Source: the human T2T-CHM13v2.0 reference genome, Homo sapiens. Taken from it: 64,000 nucleotides of DNA. The DNA lies in the NCBI RefSeq assembly GCF_009914755.1, contig NC_060940.1. One strand, written 5' to 3'. The notes beneath the pieces were generated by a model. The model was not told the origin of the DNA. It saw nothing but the letters and a program-made list of their open reading frames with translations, and ran no database searches. Shown here piece by piece: positions 24,131 through 38,625 of this stretch; positions within the stretch are counted from its first letter, which is position 1, and each line of letters begins with the position of its first letter. The translations under genes were made by a program, and so were the position numbers.

Positions 24131-24458
24131 ATTTTCTGTAGTTACTACTGGAATTGGATCTTTGGTCTCTTACATTTTCCAACTCTCGCTCTACCGCTAT
24201 ATTGGGAAACTGTTCACTGTTGTTTACTTTTTCAACTTAACTGGTGATCAGGCTCCTTAGGTAACAGAACTTACTCATCCAACAACTTCCCAGGGGCTCT
24301 CGTGTTTGGGGGCGGCCCCTGGTCCTGGTCGGGGCGCTCCTCTCATTCCCACCCAGCCTCACTATTGCGGAAGGAAACCCTGCGGCCCATGTCCTGCCCT
24401 CTGGGACACTGGGTGCTGATTGACGGCAACCCTGACCGTGGGCACCTCCCCAGTCCAG

Positions 24459-25095
24459 GAGATGGTGTGGGTTGTGGTGGCTTCACCCACCTACACTTAA
24501 AAAAACAAAAAGCTACTCAGGAAGCTGAGGCAGGAGGATTGTTTGAGCCTAGGAGGTGGAGGTTGCAGTGAGCCAAGATCGTCCCACTCCAGCCTTAGCA
24601 ACAGAGCCAGTCTCAACTAAAGAAAAAAGTGTCTCAGGTACCGTGCCATGGCTTCATGAGAACTGATGTAACCCCCGACTCTGGGCAGGGCTGCCAAAGA
24701 GTGAGAGAGTGGAGACTCTCTCTCACCACTCACTTCCTGGCAGCTACTTTTCTGGATGCATGGGCAGGTCCCCTACACATGAGATGGTGTGGGTTGTGGT
24801 GGCTTCACCCACCTACACTTAAACGAAAAGCTACTCAAGAGGTTGAGGCAGGAAGATCGCTTGAGCCTAGCAGGCGGGAGGTTGCAGCGAGCCAAGATCA
24901 CCCCACTCCAGCCTTATCAACAGAGCCAGTCTCAAAGAAAAAATTAACTGTCTCGGGTACTGTGCCATGGCTGCATGAGGACTGATAAAATACCCGACTC
25001 TGGGCAGGGGTACCAAAGAGTGAGTGGAGACTCTCTCTCACCACTCACTTCCTGGCAGCTACTTTTCTGGGTGCACAGGCAGGTCCACTGCACAT
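24459..25095. repeat. Tandem duplication of a unit of about 320 bp (24459-24780 and 24781-25095) containing an Alu right-arm fragment
   Basis: Both copies start gagatggtgtgggttgtggtggcttcacccacctacactt and end gcaggtcc.ct.cacat. Confidence 0.92.
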
Positions 25096-26999
25096 GGTAA
25101 CAGCCTGCCGACTCTGGAAACACAGTTCAGGATCCCAGTCCTAGTGCACTGGTCAGACTTTCAAATAAGCGAATAACGTTGTGGGCAGCCTGTTTTGTTC
25201 GCTTTGCTGGCTTTACAGGGTACTTCCTGTTGGCCTGAAATACAATGTTGGTAAAGACAGTTTTTCTGTGGCCTTTCTCTGTTGTGGAGGATTTGTTGTT
25301 TTTAAATTACGATTCAGGACTGAACTGTATCATAGAATGTCCTTCTTTCAGAATGCTTTGTGCCAAAACAAGAAACCTCAGAATTACATGTTAATAACAA
25401 CAAACAAAACAAAAAAGACCAATAGGCAGAAGGCAAGAAACAAAAACTATTCTTTGTAGATGGTGTCATTTTACCAAAAGTTAACAGAACTAAACCAACA
25501 AACTATTGAAAATTAACAACAGTGAGATGACTATACAAATATATAATTAAAAATAACTTTCCCATGTAAAAGCAATAATCAACTATAAAAATATAATGGA
25601 AAAAACTACAATAACAAAATTGTGTAAAACAAGTGAAGAAAATTAGAAAAATTTTCACAGGAATATAATACTCTAATAAATAGAAAGGCATGTTTCTGGA
25701 TGGGAAACATACACTATAATTTTTCCCAAATAGCTTATAGGATTTCTTTATTCCAATCAAAACACCAATGTATAACTTTTGGAAACCTAAAGCAAGCAAA
25801 ACTGAAGAATCCCTAAATCGCACCACACGATCAGTCCGTAAAGGCACCGCTGGCCTTGCTTCTAGGCAGAGGACAGGAAGGTATGGATATCAAGAGGCTG
25901 AAGACAATTAATACCCACTACAATGAAGACACCTGGAAACCTGTCTCTTGAGAGGCAATGTGAGCTAACCACTGGAGACGTAATTTCTAATCATACAACA
26001 CTTTGCCTTGTGAGGTAGTGACCACCCCATTGCCAAAGGTCTGATGACAGCATAGAGGGGACCTAAGCATATGGTAAGGTTATTGATGAGACATGGATCC
26101 AAGCCAACTTTTTCCTGCCTCCAGGTTGACCCTTCCTCTCTGGGTCTTGGGGTTTCCTTCGTAGCACATGAGATCTGGGCTCAACAGAGGGACAAGATTC
26201 TGAAGAGCTTTTCTAGTGGTGGGGCTGGATGGCCCTGCCTGAGTAATCCAAACTTCTTTTAGCAAGGGAGAAGCATGAGACGGCTGCTGGAGAGATCAAC
26301 AGCAGAACAAAATACAATAAGAACAGTAGACACCTAAATTATGTTGTGAAAAGGAATCTGTAAAAGTCAGTTTTATCACAAATTGTAAATATTATTGAAA
26401 TTGATTGCAAATTTAGATCACATACAAATGAGAGTCTGACATTCAACTGTTTTCCTATATTCCAAAGTAAACAATTCCTTTCAACACTCAAGACTTAAAC
26501 AGGTATTCTTAGAGGGTTATATGAATTGCTATCAGAAGCTGTTGGCTAACAAGCCAGTAATTTGGTTCTTTCACCAGAACACAGTTCCAGATAAGCATCT
26601 TTGCACTATTTCTCAAGTATGAATCCCCATGTGGGGGGAAAACGGATATACTTTCAATAGACACAAGTCACTCTTTGCCTTCCAAGTAAGCAGACTCCAG
26701 ATTCATCTTCAAAGTGTTGGGAAAGGGGATCTGTGACCTGTACATTATCATATAACTTCAAAAAGGAAAGCTCCTTAGTCCAAAAAGCCTAGATGCTGAG
26801 GTATAGCCCTTGAAATGTTTTCTTCCCTGTGAATTTTCTAGCAATTTGAGGTTTTAGCTAAGATGGGCATTTATCCAATTTTGGCAATAATGAGATTTTT
26901 ACACATTTATACCTTTTTAGGCAGCTTGGGAATTCAGAACTACTTATGAAAGCTCTCAGGTTGAGGCAGCACCATCAGACCCAGAAAGGGTTCCCAGTA

Positions 27000-27721
27000 T
27001 TACTTCTGCTTTCGGGTCTTACAGGCTGAGTGGGTTTTCTCATGCCGGGTACAGTTTGACAGCCGACCAAATCTTCTCCCACATTTTTTGCAACCATATG
27101 GTCTCTCAGCCTCATGACTCTGCAGATGAAGCACAAACTCCTCATTCTTTGGGAAGGTTTTCCCACATTCTGGACACTTAAATATCTTCTCCCTTATATG
27201 GATTCCTTCATGACGACTCCGATGAGAATTCTGACGGAAGTTTTTTCCACACTGAGAACAGGAATAAGGTTTCTCTCCTGTATGAATTCGCTCATGTTTA
27301 TTGAGGTTTGTTTTATGATTGAAGCTTTTCCCACAGTGATTACAGTCATAGGGTTTTTCTCCAGTGTGGGTCCTCTGGTGGGAAATGAGGTAAGAACTTT
27401 CATTAAACTGTTTCCCACACAGTGGACAAGTGTACCATCTCCTTGTCCTCCGATTTCGAGTAAGGGCAATAATACTGATGTCTACATATTTTGAGAGTTC
27501 CTCTAGAGGAGTATCATTCTCAATGGTAACTAACAGATTTCTCATTTTCCTTTTTTGTGGAATGGATGTATTTAGTCGTTCCTTTTCCTGGTTATCGGGA
27601 GGCTGCTGAGAGACCAAGGAAGAATCCATTTCATCATCATCTGAAGACTTTTCTCTATAATCTTCATTTTCTACAGGTTCCCTCTCAGGATCTTCACCTT
27701 CAGGATTACTGCCATTGACTG
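27000..27721 (-). CDS. ZNF200: ZNF200 last coding exon (acidic linker plus five C2H2 zinc fingers, stop codon)
   Basis: Five CxxC-x12-HxxxH fingers with two TGEKPY linkers; CAGCAG acceptor allows exon start at 27721 or 27718. Confidence 0.95.
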
Positions 27722-28392
27722 CTGAAACAAAGAGAGAATTTAACAACTTCTGAGAGATATCACAACACCAGGCAGGAAAAAACAAGTCAGGTTTCTTATG
27801 CCACAGCCACCTTGAACGTCAATCTGGGGAGTGGCGGATACTGCCGTCGCACTCCTTTTCCATACTTATTGAGGGTGGGATACATAACTGATAAATCTTT
27901 CCATCTACCACAATGCAAGCACACTTTAAAGAAATAAAATGAGTGGGATTTCACTGAAAGACTTCAAATGTTTGTTCTCTTCATAGGTGTTAATTACTCG
28001 ACAAGTTCATATTCACCTTATACTCTGTAGAGCACTCAGGTAAGGACTAGGGATGAAGACTATACATCTATACAGGGAACCACTCATCATCTTGAAGGAG
28101 TCTGGTAACTGAATAGTAAGACGAACCACTTGTAGGTTTTCACTATATTAAATATTATCACACTATTATAGCACTAAATAATATCATAATGTCTTACAAT
28201 GAGAAAATTGAAACAATTCCAATAAGCAAAATTAAAGAGGGCACAGCATATTCATACAAAAGTTTATTATTGGCCAGGCGTGGTGGCTCACACCTGTAAT
28301 CCCAGCACTTTGGGAGGTCAAGGCGAGCAGATCACCCAAGGCTGGGAGTTCAAGACCAGCCTGACCATCGTGGAGAAACCCTGTCTCTACTA

Positions 28393-28580
<188 letters not shown>

Positions 28581-29145
28581 TTAAAGAGATTACTACAACT
28601 AATGAAGCTTTGGGATTAGAAGTCAGTAGTGTTTCTCTTTGTGTAGGAAAGGAAGTAGTGAGTGGGTACAGGGCACAAAAGGGATTTTTGGGATGCTAAG
28701 AAAAGTCCATTTTGGGTGGTGCTTAGTGTGTACATTTTGTGAAAACTTGAGCTATATATTTACAATTGGTAGGCTTTTTCTATATTTCCATTATACTTCA
28801 GAAAAAAGTCAGTGTAAGCAGATTATAAAGACTGGGTAACAAAGTGAAAAAGAACCATGCTGTGGATATACTTGTGTGACAAGGGACCCCTCAACTCAGG
28901 CCTACTGAGAGTCAAGGGTTCAAATCAACCACCAAGACATGGGGGCTGATCCTGAAGCTGGAGTTGGAATCTCTGCTGGATTCAGCAGTTTCACACCAAT
29001 AGATTTTTTTTTATTTCACTTTTTTTTTTTTTTGGCAGAGATAGGGTCTTGCTATGTTGCCTAGGCTGGTTTTGCACTCGTGTACTCAAGCAATCTTCCC
29101 AAAGTGCTGGGGATTACAGGTGTAAGCCCCCACACCCAGCCTTAA

Positions 29146-29340
<195 letters not shown>

Positions 29341-29367
29341 TAGTAGAGAGAGGGTTTCATCGTGTTA

Positions 29368-29478
<111 letters not shown>

Positions 29479-30055
29479 TCACTCCCTTAGGATAATGAAA
29501 TGTCAATTTTTACCATAGCTCTTGACATGAACTACCATTCTGCTTTCAAAAGCAGCTCTACTAATTTCATGTGAATATTAACTTTACCTAATCTTGTTAG
29601 CATTAAATTTTAAAATATTTAATAGGTATAAAATAGTTTCTCATTGTAGTTTTACTTTGGATTTTCATTATGCAAAATAATCTACTGGGTTAAGGCTTTT
29701 ATAAATGTATATCTTTGTCAATGATTTCTTGTCTAAATAATTTTTAACTCAACTCTTCCTCTTTAACTACACTTGGACTGCTTCCAACCTTGTGTTTTTA
29801 CAAACAATACCACAGTGAATAATCTTCTTTGTACATCATTTCGAATGTGTTCTGTTGCTATATCTGTAGGTCAGATTTCCAGAATTGAACTCCTGGAACA
29901 AAGGATAAGATGGGTAGTTACAGATGCAATTACCCTTATACAGGGACTATACCATTTTATATGCCCACCAGCAATATACCTGTTTCTCAACAACCTCACC
30001 ATCAATGTGTTTTTATTTCTATAAATATGAAATACGCAAAATGTTAATTCACTAG

Positions 30056-30286
<231 letters not shown>

Positions 30287-30599
30287 TGATCCACCTGCCT
30301 CGGCCTCCCAAAGTGCTGGGATTACAGGCGTGAGCCACCATGCCCCAGCCTTTTGTACGTATTTGAATCTGTCAATCTTTTCTTTCAAGGCTTCTGGGCT
30401 TTTGAGTCTTAATTACAAAAACCTTCCTATCCCATGGTTATAAAGGAATCACTCATATTTTCTAAATGTGCTTTTTATATTTGTTTTAAACATTTAAAAT
30501 CTTTGATCCATGTGGACTTTTTCTTGGTATGTAAAGTAAGGTACTAATTTATCAAGTGGCTGTCAGTCGTCCTAACACCTTTTATCAAAAAGTCCCCCT

Positions 30600-30962
30600 T
30601 TATGGTTAGGCTTTGTGTCCTCGCCCAAATCTCATCTTAAATTGTAATCCCACATGTCAAGGAGACATCAGGTGAAGGTAACTGAGTCATGGGCGGGGGG
30701 GCCTTCCCCCATGCTATTCTCATGATAGTGAGTTCTCATGAGATCTGATGGTTTTATAAGGGGCTCTTCCCCCTTTACTCGTACTTCTCCCTCCTGCTGC
30801 CTTGTGAAGATGATGCCTTGCTTCCTCTTGCCTTTGCCATGATTTTAAGTTTCTGGAGGCCTCCCCAGCCATGCTGAACTGTGAGTCAATTAAACCTGTT
30901 TCCTTTATAAATTACCAAGTCTCGGACAATTCTTTATACCAGTGTGAAAATGGACGAATACA
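30600..30962 (+). mobile_element. THE1-type MaLR LTR (THE1C-like)
   Basis: tatggttaggctttgtgtcc...ccagccatgctgaactgtgagtcaattaaacct...gacgaataca. Confidence 0.8.
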
Positions 30963-31609
30963 CCAACTTTATCACACACTAAACTCCCATGTGTATTTGA
31001 GGCTATTTCGGGACTTTCTGAGATCACAGTCTTGTTCCAAGGGAAAAATGCTATTGGTATTGTTGAAAAAAAACACATCAAATTAATAAATCAACAAGAG
31101 GAGAAATGACCTTTTTATGATATTGTCTCCCTAGCCAAAAACATAGTATTTTTTTTTTTTGCTTTCGTTGAAATCTACTCTTGTCCTTTAGCCTTGTTTT
31201 AAAGTTTCCTCATAAATTTGCACATTTCTTGAGTTTATTCCTAAGTATTTAAACTTTCATGTTTCTATTCTAATGGGGCCTTCCACTGTATCTTCTAAAT
31301 GACCCCATTTATATATGTGAAAGCCAATGATTTCTGTTTATTCACTTTATTTCCCACTACCTTAGTGAATGGTCTCATTTTTTCCCATGAGAGTACTTAA
31401 GACAAATAAATGTTCTTATTTTTAAGTTTTCTGATTACTCTGTTCTACCTATAAGGAAGTATCTGTTAACTATTTTGTTAAATGTTCTTATAAAGGAGAG
31501 GCTTCAATTTTGTCAAGTATCTTTTCAGTAACTATACAAGTAAACAAATGATTTTTCTCCTTTATATATAAGAAATATTAATAGATTTGTATTATTTCTG
31601 TTTTTTTAA

Positions 31610-31888
<279 letters not shown>

Positions 31889-32026
31889 TGAACCACTGTG
31901 CCCAGCATGGGGACTGGATTTCAACACGAGATTTGGAGGGGACAAATATCCAAACTATATCAGCAACCTTGCGTCAGAGGGGTAAAGACAAATTAAAATT
32001 GCATATTTTTTCTAGAAAACATTATA

Positions 32027-32353
32027 CAGACCTTCATATTCATAGGTTCTGCATCTGAGGATTCAACCAACCAAGGATTGAAAATATTTGAGAGAAAAAA
32101 AAAGGATGGTTTTGTCTGTACATATTCAGTTTTTTTGTCATTCCCTAAACAATTTAGTATAACAACTATTTATGTAGCATTTACTTTGTATTAGGTATTA
32201 TAATTGATCTAGAAATAAAATATATGGTAGGATATGTGTGGAGTATATGTAAATGCTACACCATTTTATATAATGAATTTGAGCATCCATGGATTTTGGT
32301 ATCTGAGTGGGGGTCCTGGAACCAATCCCCCATGAATACCAAGGACAAGTGTA
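32027..32353. mobile_element. MER2-like (TcMar-Tigger) DNA transposon
   Basis: ggttctgcatctgaggattcaaccaacc...gggggtcctggaaccaatcccccatgaatacc. Confidence 0.7.
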
Positions 32354-33065
32354 TATCAGAATTTATGGTATAACCTAAAGTGATGCTCATAAGAGAGCTC
32401 ATGGCTGTAAAAACATGTATTAATTTAGAAAAATGAGAATAATAAAGCCTCTGATTCAAAGTTAGAAAAACAATAGGATAAATTTAAAAGAATGAAGGTA
32501 TTAATAAATACCAATTAGAAAGTAATGAGTTAAAAATAGAAAAAAACTAGTAAGATTTAAGCAAAAATAAACCAATTTCCATAGAGAAAATTGAAATTAT
32601 CAAAAAAAGACTAGCCACCTACCCAAGAAAAGCACCAGCCTCAGACAGTTCCACAGAAAATTCTTCTAAACTTTTAAAAATTAAATAATTCAAATGCTAG
32701 GAAAATTTCCAGAGTATAGAAAAAGAAGGTTGGGAGGCCAAGGCGGGCAGATCACAAGGTCAGGAGATTGAGACCATCCTGGCTAACATGGTGAAACCCT
32801 GTCTCTACTAAAAATACAAAAAATCAGCCGGACAAGGTGGCAGGCACCTGTAGTCCCAGCTACTCGGGAGGCTGAGGCAGGAGAATGGCATGAACCGCAG
32901 GGGGCGGAGACTGCAGGAAGCCAAGATCGCACCACTGCACTCCAGCCTAGGTGACAGCGAGACTCCGTCTCAAAAAAAAAAAAGAAGGAAACTTCCAAAT
33001 TCAAACAAGAGCGAAACTCTGTCTCAAAAAAATAAATAAATAAATAAAGACAGAGAAATCTGAGC

Positions 33066-33418
33066 CCCAGTGATGGAGGTGGGGCCTAGTCGGAGGTGTC
33101 TGCATCATGTGGGTAGATCGCTCATGAATGGCTTGATGCCACCTCAAAATAATAAGTGATTTCTCACTCTTAGTTCACTAACAATGTGGCTGTTTAAAAG
33201 AGCCTGGCACCTTCCTACTCTCTTTCTTCCTCTCTTGCCATGTGAAGTCTGCTCTCCTTCAACCATGAGTAGTTTCTTGAAGCCCTCACCAGAAGCAGAC
33301 GCTGACGCCATGCTTCTTGTACAGCCTACAGAAAACTGTGAGCCAAATAAACCTCTTTTCTTTATAAATTACCCAGCCTCAGGTATTCTTTTATAGCAGC
33401 ACAAAATGTACTAAGACA
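33066..33418 (+). mobile_element. MST-type MaLR LTR fragment
   Basis: ccctcaccagaagcagacgctgacgccatgcttcttgtacagcct...aaattacccagcctcaggtattc. Confidence 0.75.
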
Positions 33419-35528
33419 GTTGCTTAAGAGTTTTAAATTTTCCAGGTGGAAGGAACTTTAATTTACTGATCTTTATTATTAATTTCTAGTTGTACTGCAT
33501 TGTGACAGATCCTACTTTATTTCTACTCCTTGGAATCTGAGTCTTTGTTTGTTGCCTAGTATTTAGTCAATTTTCTTCAATCTTGAAAAGGTGTATTCTC
33601 CTATCACAGCACACAGTAGCTATAATAAGAATTATCTTACTGAAAATCTGTTTAAGTGTTCTACGTTTTTCCTTATTTTTACGTGGTTCACTTGGCCAAC
33701 ACACACATTCTCTGTTTCCCTAGGTTATCAAGGACTGTTCTTTGATTCCTGCCACCACAATGTTCAATCCGTTATAGTTTTTCCTTTGCAAAAATTGGTT
33801 AAATGTTACTGTTTCAATTATCATCACCTATAAATTGATGGCTCCCCAATCCCTATATCCTCACATCTGAACTCCAATCCCCAATTTCCAAATATCTGGA
33901 GGATAATCTCATTTTATTTCCCATCATGGATTCAATCTCATCCAAAATCAATTCCACCTTCTTCACTACTCTGCCCCGGGTCCAAATCTTACCTCAGTCT
34001 TGCGATAGCTCATTATACCTATAAAAATTTCACACTGCTTATCGTTTGATGAATGACTTGTCTTACAAACCAAATTGGAAGATTACAAAAGGCAAGAATA
34101 TAACATCTTCGTAACCTGATGAATACAATTCCAGAACCCAATCCTGCCTGAGGAAAAAACTAGTACATTTATGAAATGCTGGTAAATGACTAAGCTTAAG
34201 CCACCAGCTTCAGGGTACGGGTGGAGGAAGTGGGGAACAGAGGGTGAGGATTGGGTCTTAGGGGCCCTGAAGTGCATAGTCGAAGTGATCTTGGAGGCAA
34301 TATATCCACTAACCAGTCACCCAAAATAAATGCCAGCTCTGCCCAAGACTCAGGAAAAACTCAGTGTTAATAAATCTGATCTTTTTATCCTTTTCTCTAA
34401 AATAAAGAAGATATCACATAGAGCAACCTGCGGGAAATTAACTACACTCATTACATACCAATACTTCTGACCATACGGTATAATTACAGCTAAGAGTTTG
34501 ACAGTCATAATGGATTTCTGTCACCCCAGGCAACTTCTAAAACCTATTCTCTGTACAACTTCACCCTCAGAAACAAAAAGCCCTGAAGGCAAAGTAAAAA
34601 GTGTCCGGCACTCAGTAAAGACATTTGTGCGGGCCTCTGCCTCTAGGGTTGCAACATTTCTAGAGAAAAGGTAAAGCATCTCTAAGCAAATTATAGAGAG
34701 GCTGCTGCTTGATCAGTTCATACACAGCACTGGGGGACACTTGTCAACTATTACTGGGAAATGAGGACAAATAAAGAATGCCCCATTCACCAACCATACA
34801 CGGAATTCATTGACAAAATTATGAGAAATGCATCTAGGAGACAGTACAGCCCTGGGCCATTACTGCAAATTCTGATGTCAGATTCCCTGAGTCCGAATCC
34901 CTGTTCCCCTACTTACAACTGTGTGAACTTTAGCAAATTTTGTAACCCCTCTCTGCCTCAGTTCTGTCACCTGTAAGGTGGCAGTAATTTCTATACCACT
35001 CAGTATTACTCTGAGAAGTACATGAGAGAATAAACACATGAAAAGCATTTGGACTAGTGCCTAGCATGTAACAGCATATAAGTGCTCATTAAGTGTTAAA
35101 CATTACTTTCACCAATAGTGGAATATATTTTCACTTAGGCTAGTAGTCTTCACATCTATTGAACATCAAAAAGGGGAGGGGGATTACAAGAGTTAGTCAT
35201 GTGTTCAATGAAAACATTCAAATATACCTGTTGAGAACAGAGTTCAGAAAATGGGTTCAGAACAGTTTCTATATCCACAGTTTCTATGTCTGCAGGTTTT
35301 CCCTACCTCTCCCCTCACTGCCCCCAAGATACAGGGAAAAATGGCCACCCACCCACAGCTGGAGTTCTGTGGCAAGGCTCTGCTACATTGAATAAAACAA
35401 AAGTAAAATAAAATGTGTGTGTGCACATAGGCTTACCAGGTGTGAATCGTCCCCCAAAGCTAAAGAGATGAAGGACATGCTTTTCCCAAAGCAAACAACC
35501 TGAACACACAAAGGCTGTGATTTCTTAC

Positions 35529-35655
35529 CCAGTAACATCATTTCCCCGACACTGCTGTCATCTTCCTTCTCTGACGTGAGTTGTTGAGTAGGATCCAAGC
35601 TCACACATTCTTCCTGGCAGTGAAATACATTCAAATCCTCAAAGACCACCAGCTC
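35529..35655 (-). CDS. ZNF200: ZNF200 coding exon 3 (127 nt, degenerate KRAB-A-like)
   Basis: tttcag|GAGCTG...CTGG|gtaaga; encodes ELVVFEDLNVFHCQEECVSLDPTQ...GEMMLL. Confidence 0.92.
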
Positions 35656-35940
35656 CTGAAAGAGCAAGAGGCCCCTTTCATCTTAGTAACTGAGGTTCAC
35701 TGACAGCCCTACTGGTAAGAAAAGCTGACACACAAAGATCAAGGGAAGGGATAGCAAGAGGGACCTATAAATCCCACAGAGGTGCAGCAAAGACAGGACA
35801 GCCAGGCTGAGAAGGGCTCAAGGAAAAAGCAGAAGAAAAACACCCAAGAAGGCCAACTCCTAAGAATGTGTTTTTACACACAGGTTGGCCAAGCACGGAA
35901 GGTGATGGATTCAGGCAGTAAATGGGAAAACCAAACCCAC

Positions 35941-36029
35941 CTCAGGGTTAGCTTTCAAATACAGAGACACTGTCTCTTGTTCCTTTTGGACTCCTTTGGG
36001 CAGAAGCTTCACCAAGGGACGAGGATGCA
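35941..36029 (-). CDS. ZNF200: ZNF200 coding exon 2 (89 nt)
   Basis: ccccag|TGCATC...CCTGAG|gtgggt; encodes VHPRPLVKLLPKGVQKEQETVSLYLKANPE and keeps the frame. Confidence 0.9.
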
Positions 36030-36613
36030 CTGGGGAAAGAGGAAGGTTTAGTTAGTGAAAAACTCAGTGACTCTAACACAGAGACTCCCCATACCGCGAG
36101 GCCAGGCTGTCCTCATTCCTTTGACAGGTAACTCATGGCCTTTTCTGCTCCTGTGAGCCCTTATAGAGTTCAAGCCATAAACTCTAGGGTCTTGAACCTA
36201 TGGCATCTCCCTGTTATGAAAAGAATGACTTCTCTAAGCACCTTTCAGAATTTCCCATAGAGTATTACTAAAGGAGAGCTTAGGGCAACGTAAAGTGTGA
36301 AGATGCCCAGAAAAAGCACAAAATTTCTAAAATTCCACATCAACCTAACTCAATAATTCATCTGATTTATCCTTAAAAGATATTTCCCTCAGAATGTTTG
36401 GGTAAAACTGACACTACAGAAAGATGCACACTGTTTATTCTGTGGCCTTACTCACACCCAGCACTTGAGAAGAACTTCCTCTTTCCAACACTAGAATTGA
36501 CTCCTTTTCCAATATACACCATCCTAACTTGAATTTATAACTAACACAGAAACCTATCTTAGACTCCAGTACCTCCTCCTCCTCTTCTAGTGAAACAAGC
36601 ATGTGCTTCTCAC

Positions 36614-36863
36614 CTCTGTTCTGAAGGCTTGAGCTCACATCTTTCATAATAACCAAGGTCTCCTTGACTTTCTGACTGGGCTGGACCAGGCTTGGCTTGG
36701 GCAAGAAGGTGAGGAAGTGCTCCAGCACTAGCTGGTGGATGGTCTTGGGCCCGTTAGTGGCATCTCGAAGTAGGTCTTGGCCCAGCTTGGAGTCTGGCGG
36801 AACTCTCAGTATAAAGGACTGCTTTGGCTTTGGGGGCATAGGAACCACTTTTGCAGCCATCAT
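36614..36863 (-). CDS. ZNF200: ZNF200 first coding exon (MMAAKVVP...LQNR)
   Basis: ATG at 36863, donor AGAG|gtgaga; the four exons total 1188 nt = 395 aa plus stop. Confidence 0.92.
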
Positions 36864-37312
36864 GCCTTGCAACCACACACCACACTCGTTTCGCGGGGCC
36901 TCCAGAGCCACCTCTTACTAGAGGAAATCTGCCAGAGAGCCAAGCTGTAGACAGAGAAACCAGGGATTACCCAAAAGACCAGGCACGGCATTACTGCACT
37001 CCAATATGTGGCATGGCTGGTGAGGCTACATGAGATCTAAAGAAAACGACAGCTGGGATAGGGAAATCATAACTGAAACGCAGTATTTGAACAAGATATG
37101 CTTAGGAAGATGTGAAAGGAAGATCCTGAGAATGAAAAACAGAGACTGTGCAAACCTCAAGTCCAAAGGGAAGGGAGTAAGGGTGGAGCGGAGAAGGCCA
37201 AGGTCCAGCCTCCTGAGAAATACAAAGTGTGGCCAGGTACCGGTGGCTCACACCTGTAATCCCAGCACTTTGGAAGGCCCTGGCGGGTGGATCGCTTGAG
37301 TCCAGGAGTTCA

Positions 37313-37684
<372 letters not shown>

Positions 37685-37739
37685 TCAATACCGAGGACAT
37701 CTGCCTAAAAGCAGGTTGGTCACTGAATCTGGCCATACT

Positions 37740-38625
37740 GTACCCCTCGAACCGAAGCTCCCTCCGGTGCCCTTTGGGCGGGGAGGCGGTTGGTGACTCT
37801 CCCGGGGAGCAGATGCAAGGCCGAGGAGGTGTCCACACACCGCCTGCCGACTCCTCTCCGCCGTCAAAGCTCTGCTGAGAGCGGCAGGCGACATCCCACT
37901 AAGGACCGCCGGGCCAGGCTCACTCTGGGGCCTCTTCCGCTGGTCAAGGAACACCTTTACCGTAAAGCTCAGCGTGCGCCCCTGCCTGAGGCGCTCACCA
38001 GGCTCCCTACCCGGCCTTGCTCCCTCAGCAACGGACACGCTCCGCTCCCCAGAGGCGGCCTCAGCCTGGTTCCCGCCCTCACGGAGCCCCTCACCTCTCG
38101 GGGCCTCTGCAGCCCCTGAGCGTTTGCTGGGGACGGCTCAGAGACTCAGGCTCCGGGAGAGATAGAAAAACTAGGCGCGAGCGGTCGAGCCCTCCCCTCG
38201 CCCTTCCGAGTGCCCTCACAGGTCGCCGGCGACTATTCGTTCGCGCCGCCGCCAGTTGAGGAGAACGGCAGGGACTCGGTGCCTTCTGGGAAGTCGGGCG
38301 CTCTGCGGCTGTGACGTCACAACCGGTGCCTTGTTTCCGGTGCAGAAGCCTGGTCTCCCCGTTCGGAGCCGGCAGTCTGCGCTTGAGACGTTAAGACTTG
38401 AGACAGGCCAGAGGAGCTCTCAGGGCCGGAGGGAGGCCAGGACGGCTGTAGCCTCTCTGTGGTTCTGCCTGGAAGACGGAAGGCAGGTGGTTGGCTCTAG
38501 TCATCCACGACGGGCTGGCACCTCTCCAGCTGCGGCCAGTCTAACCCCAGGGCCTGCTGGGAAATGTAGTTCGAATGCAAACAACCAATGGACGACCGTC
38601 AGGCGCGGCGGTTGGGGCGGGGCAG
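37740..38625 (-). promoter_or_regulatory. ZNF200: ZNF200 CpG-island promoter and 5' region
   Basis: High CpG density; palindromic CRE TGACGTCA 38312-38319, ETS TTTCCGG 38334-38340, ZNF143 motif TGCTGGGAAATGTAGTTC 38555-38572, CCAAT 38585-38589, GC box 38614-38623. Confidence 0.8.

Noticed and set aside
24459-25095. Repeat units here and at 41146-41266 as a CRISPR-like array
   Set aside because: Human DNA; simple tandem duplications without unique spacers or cas genes
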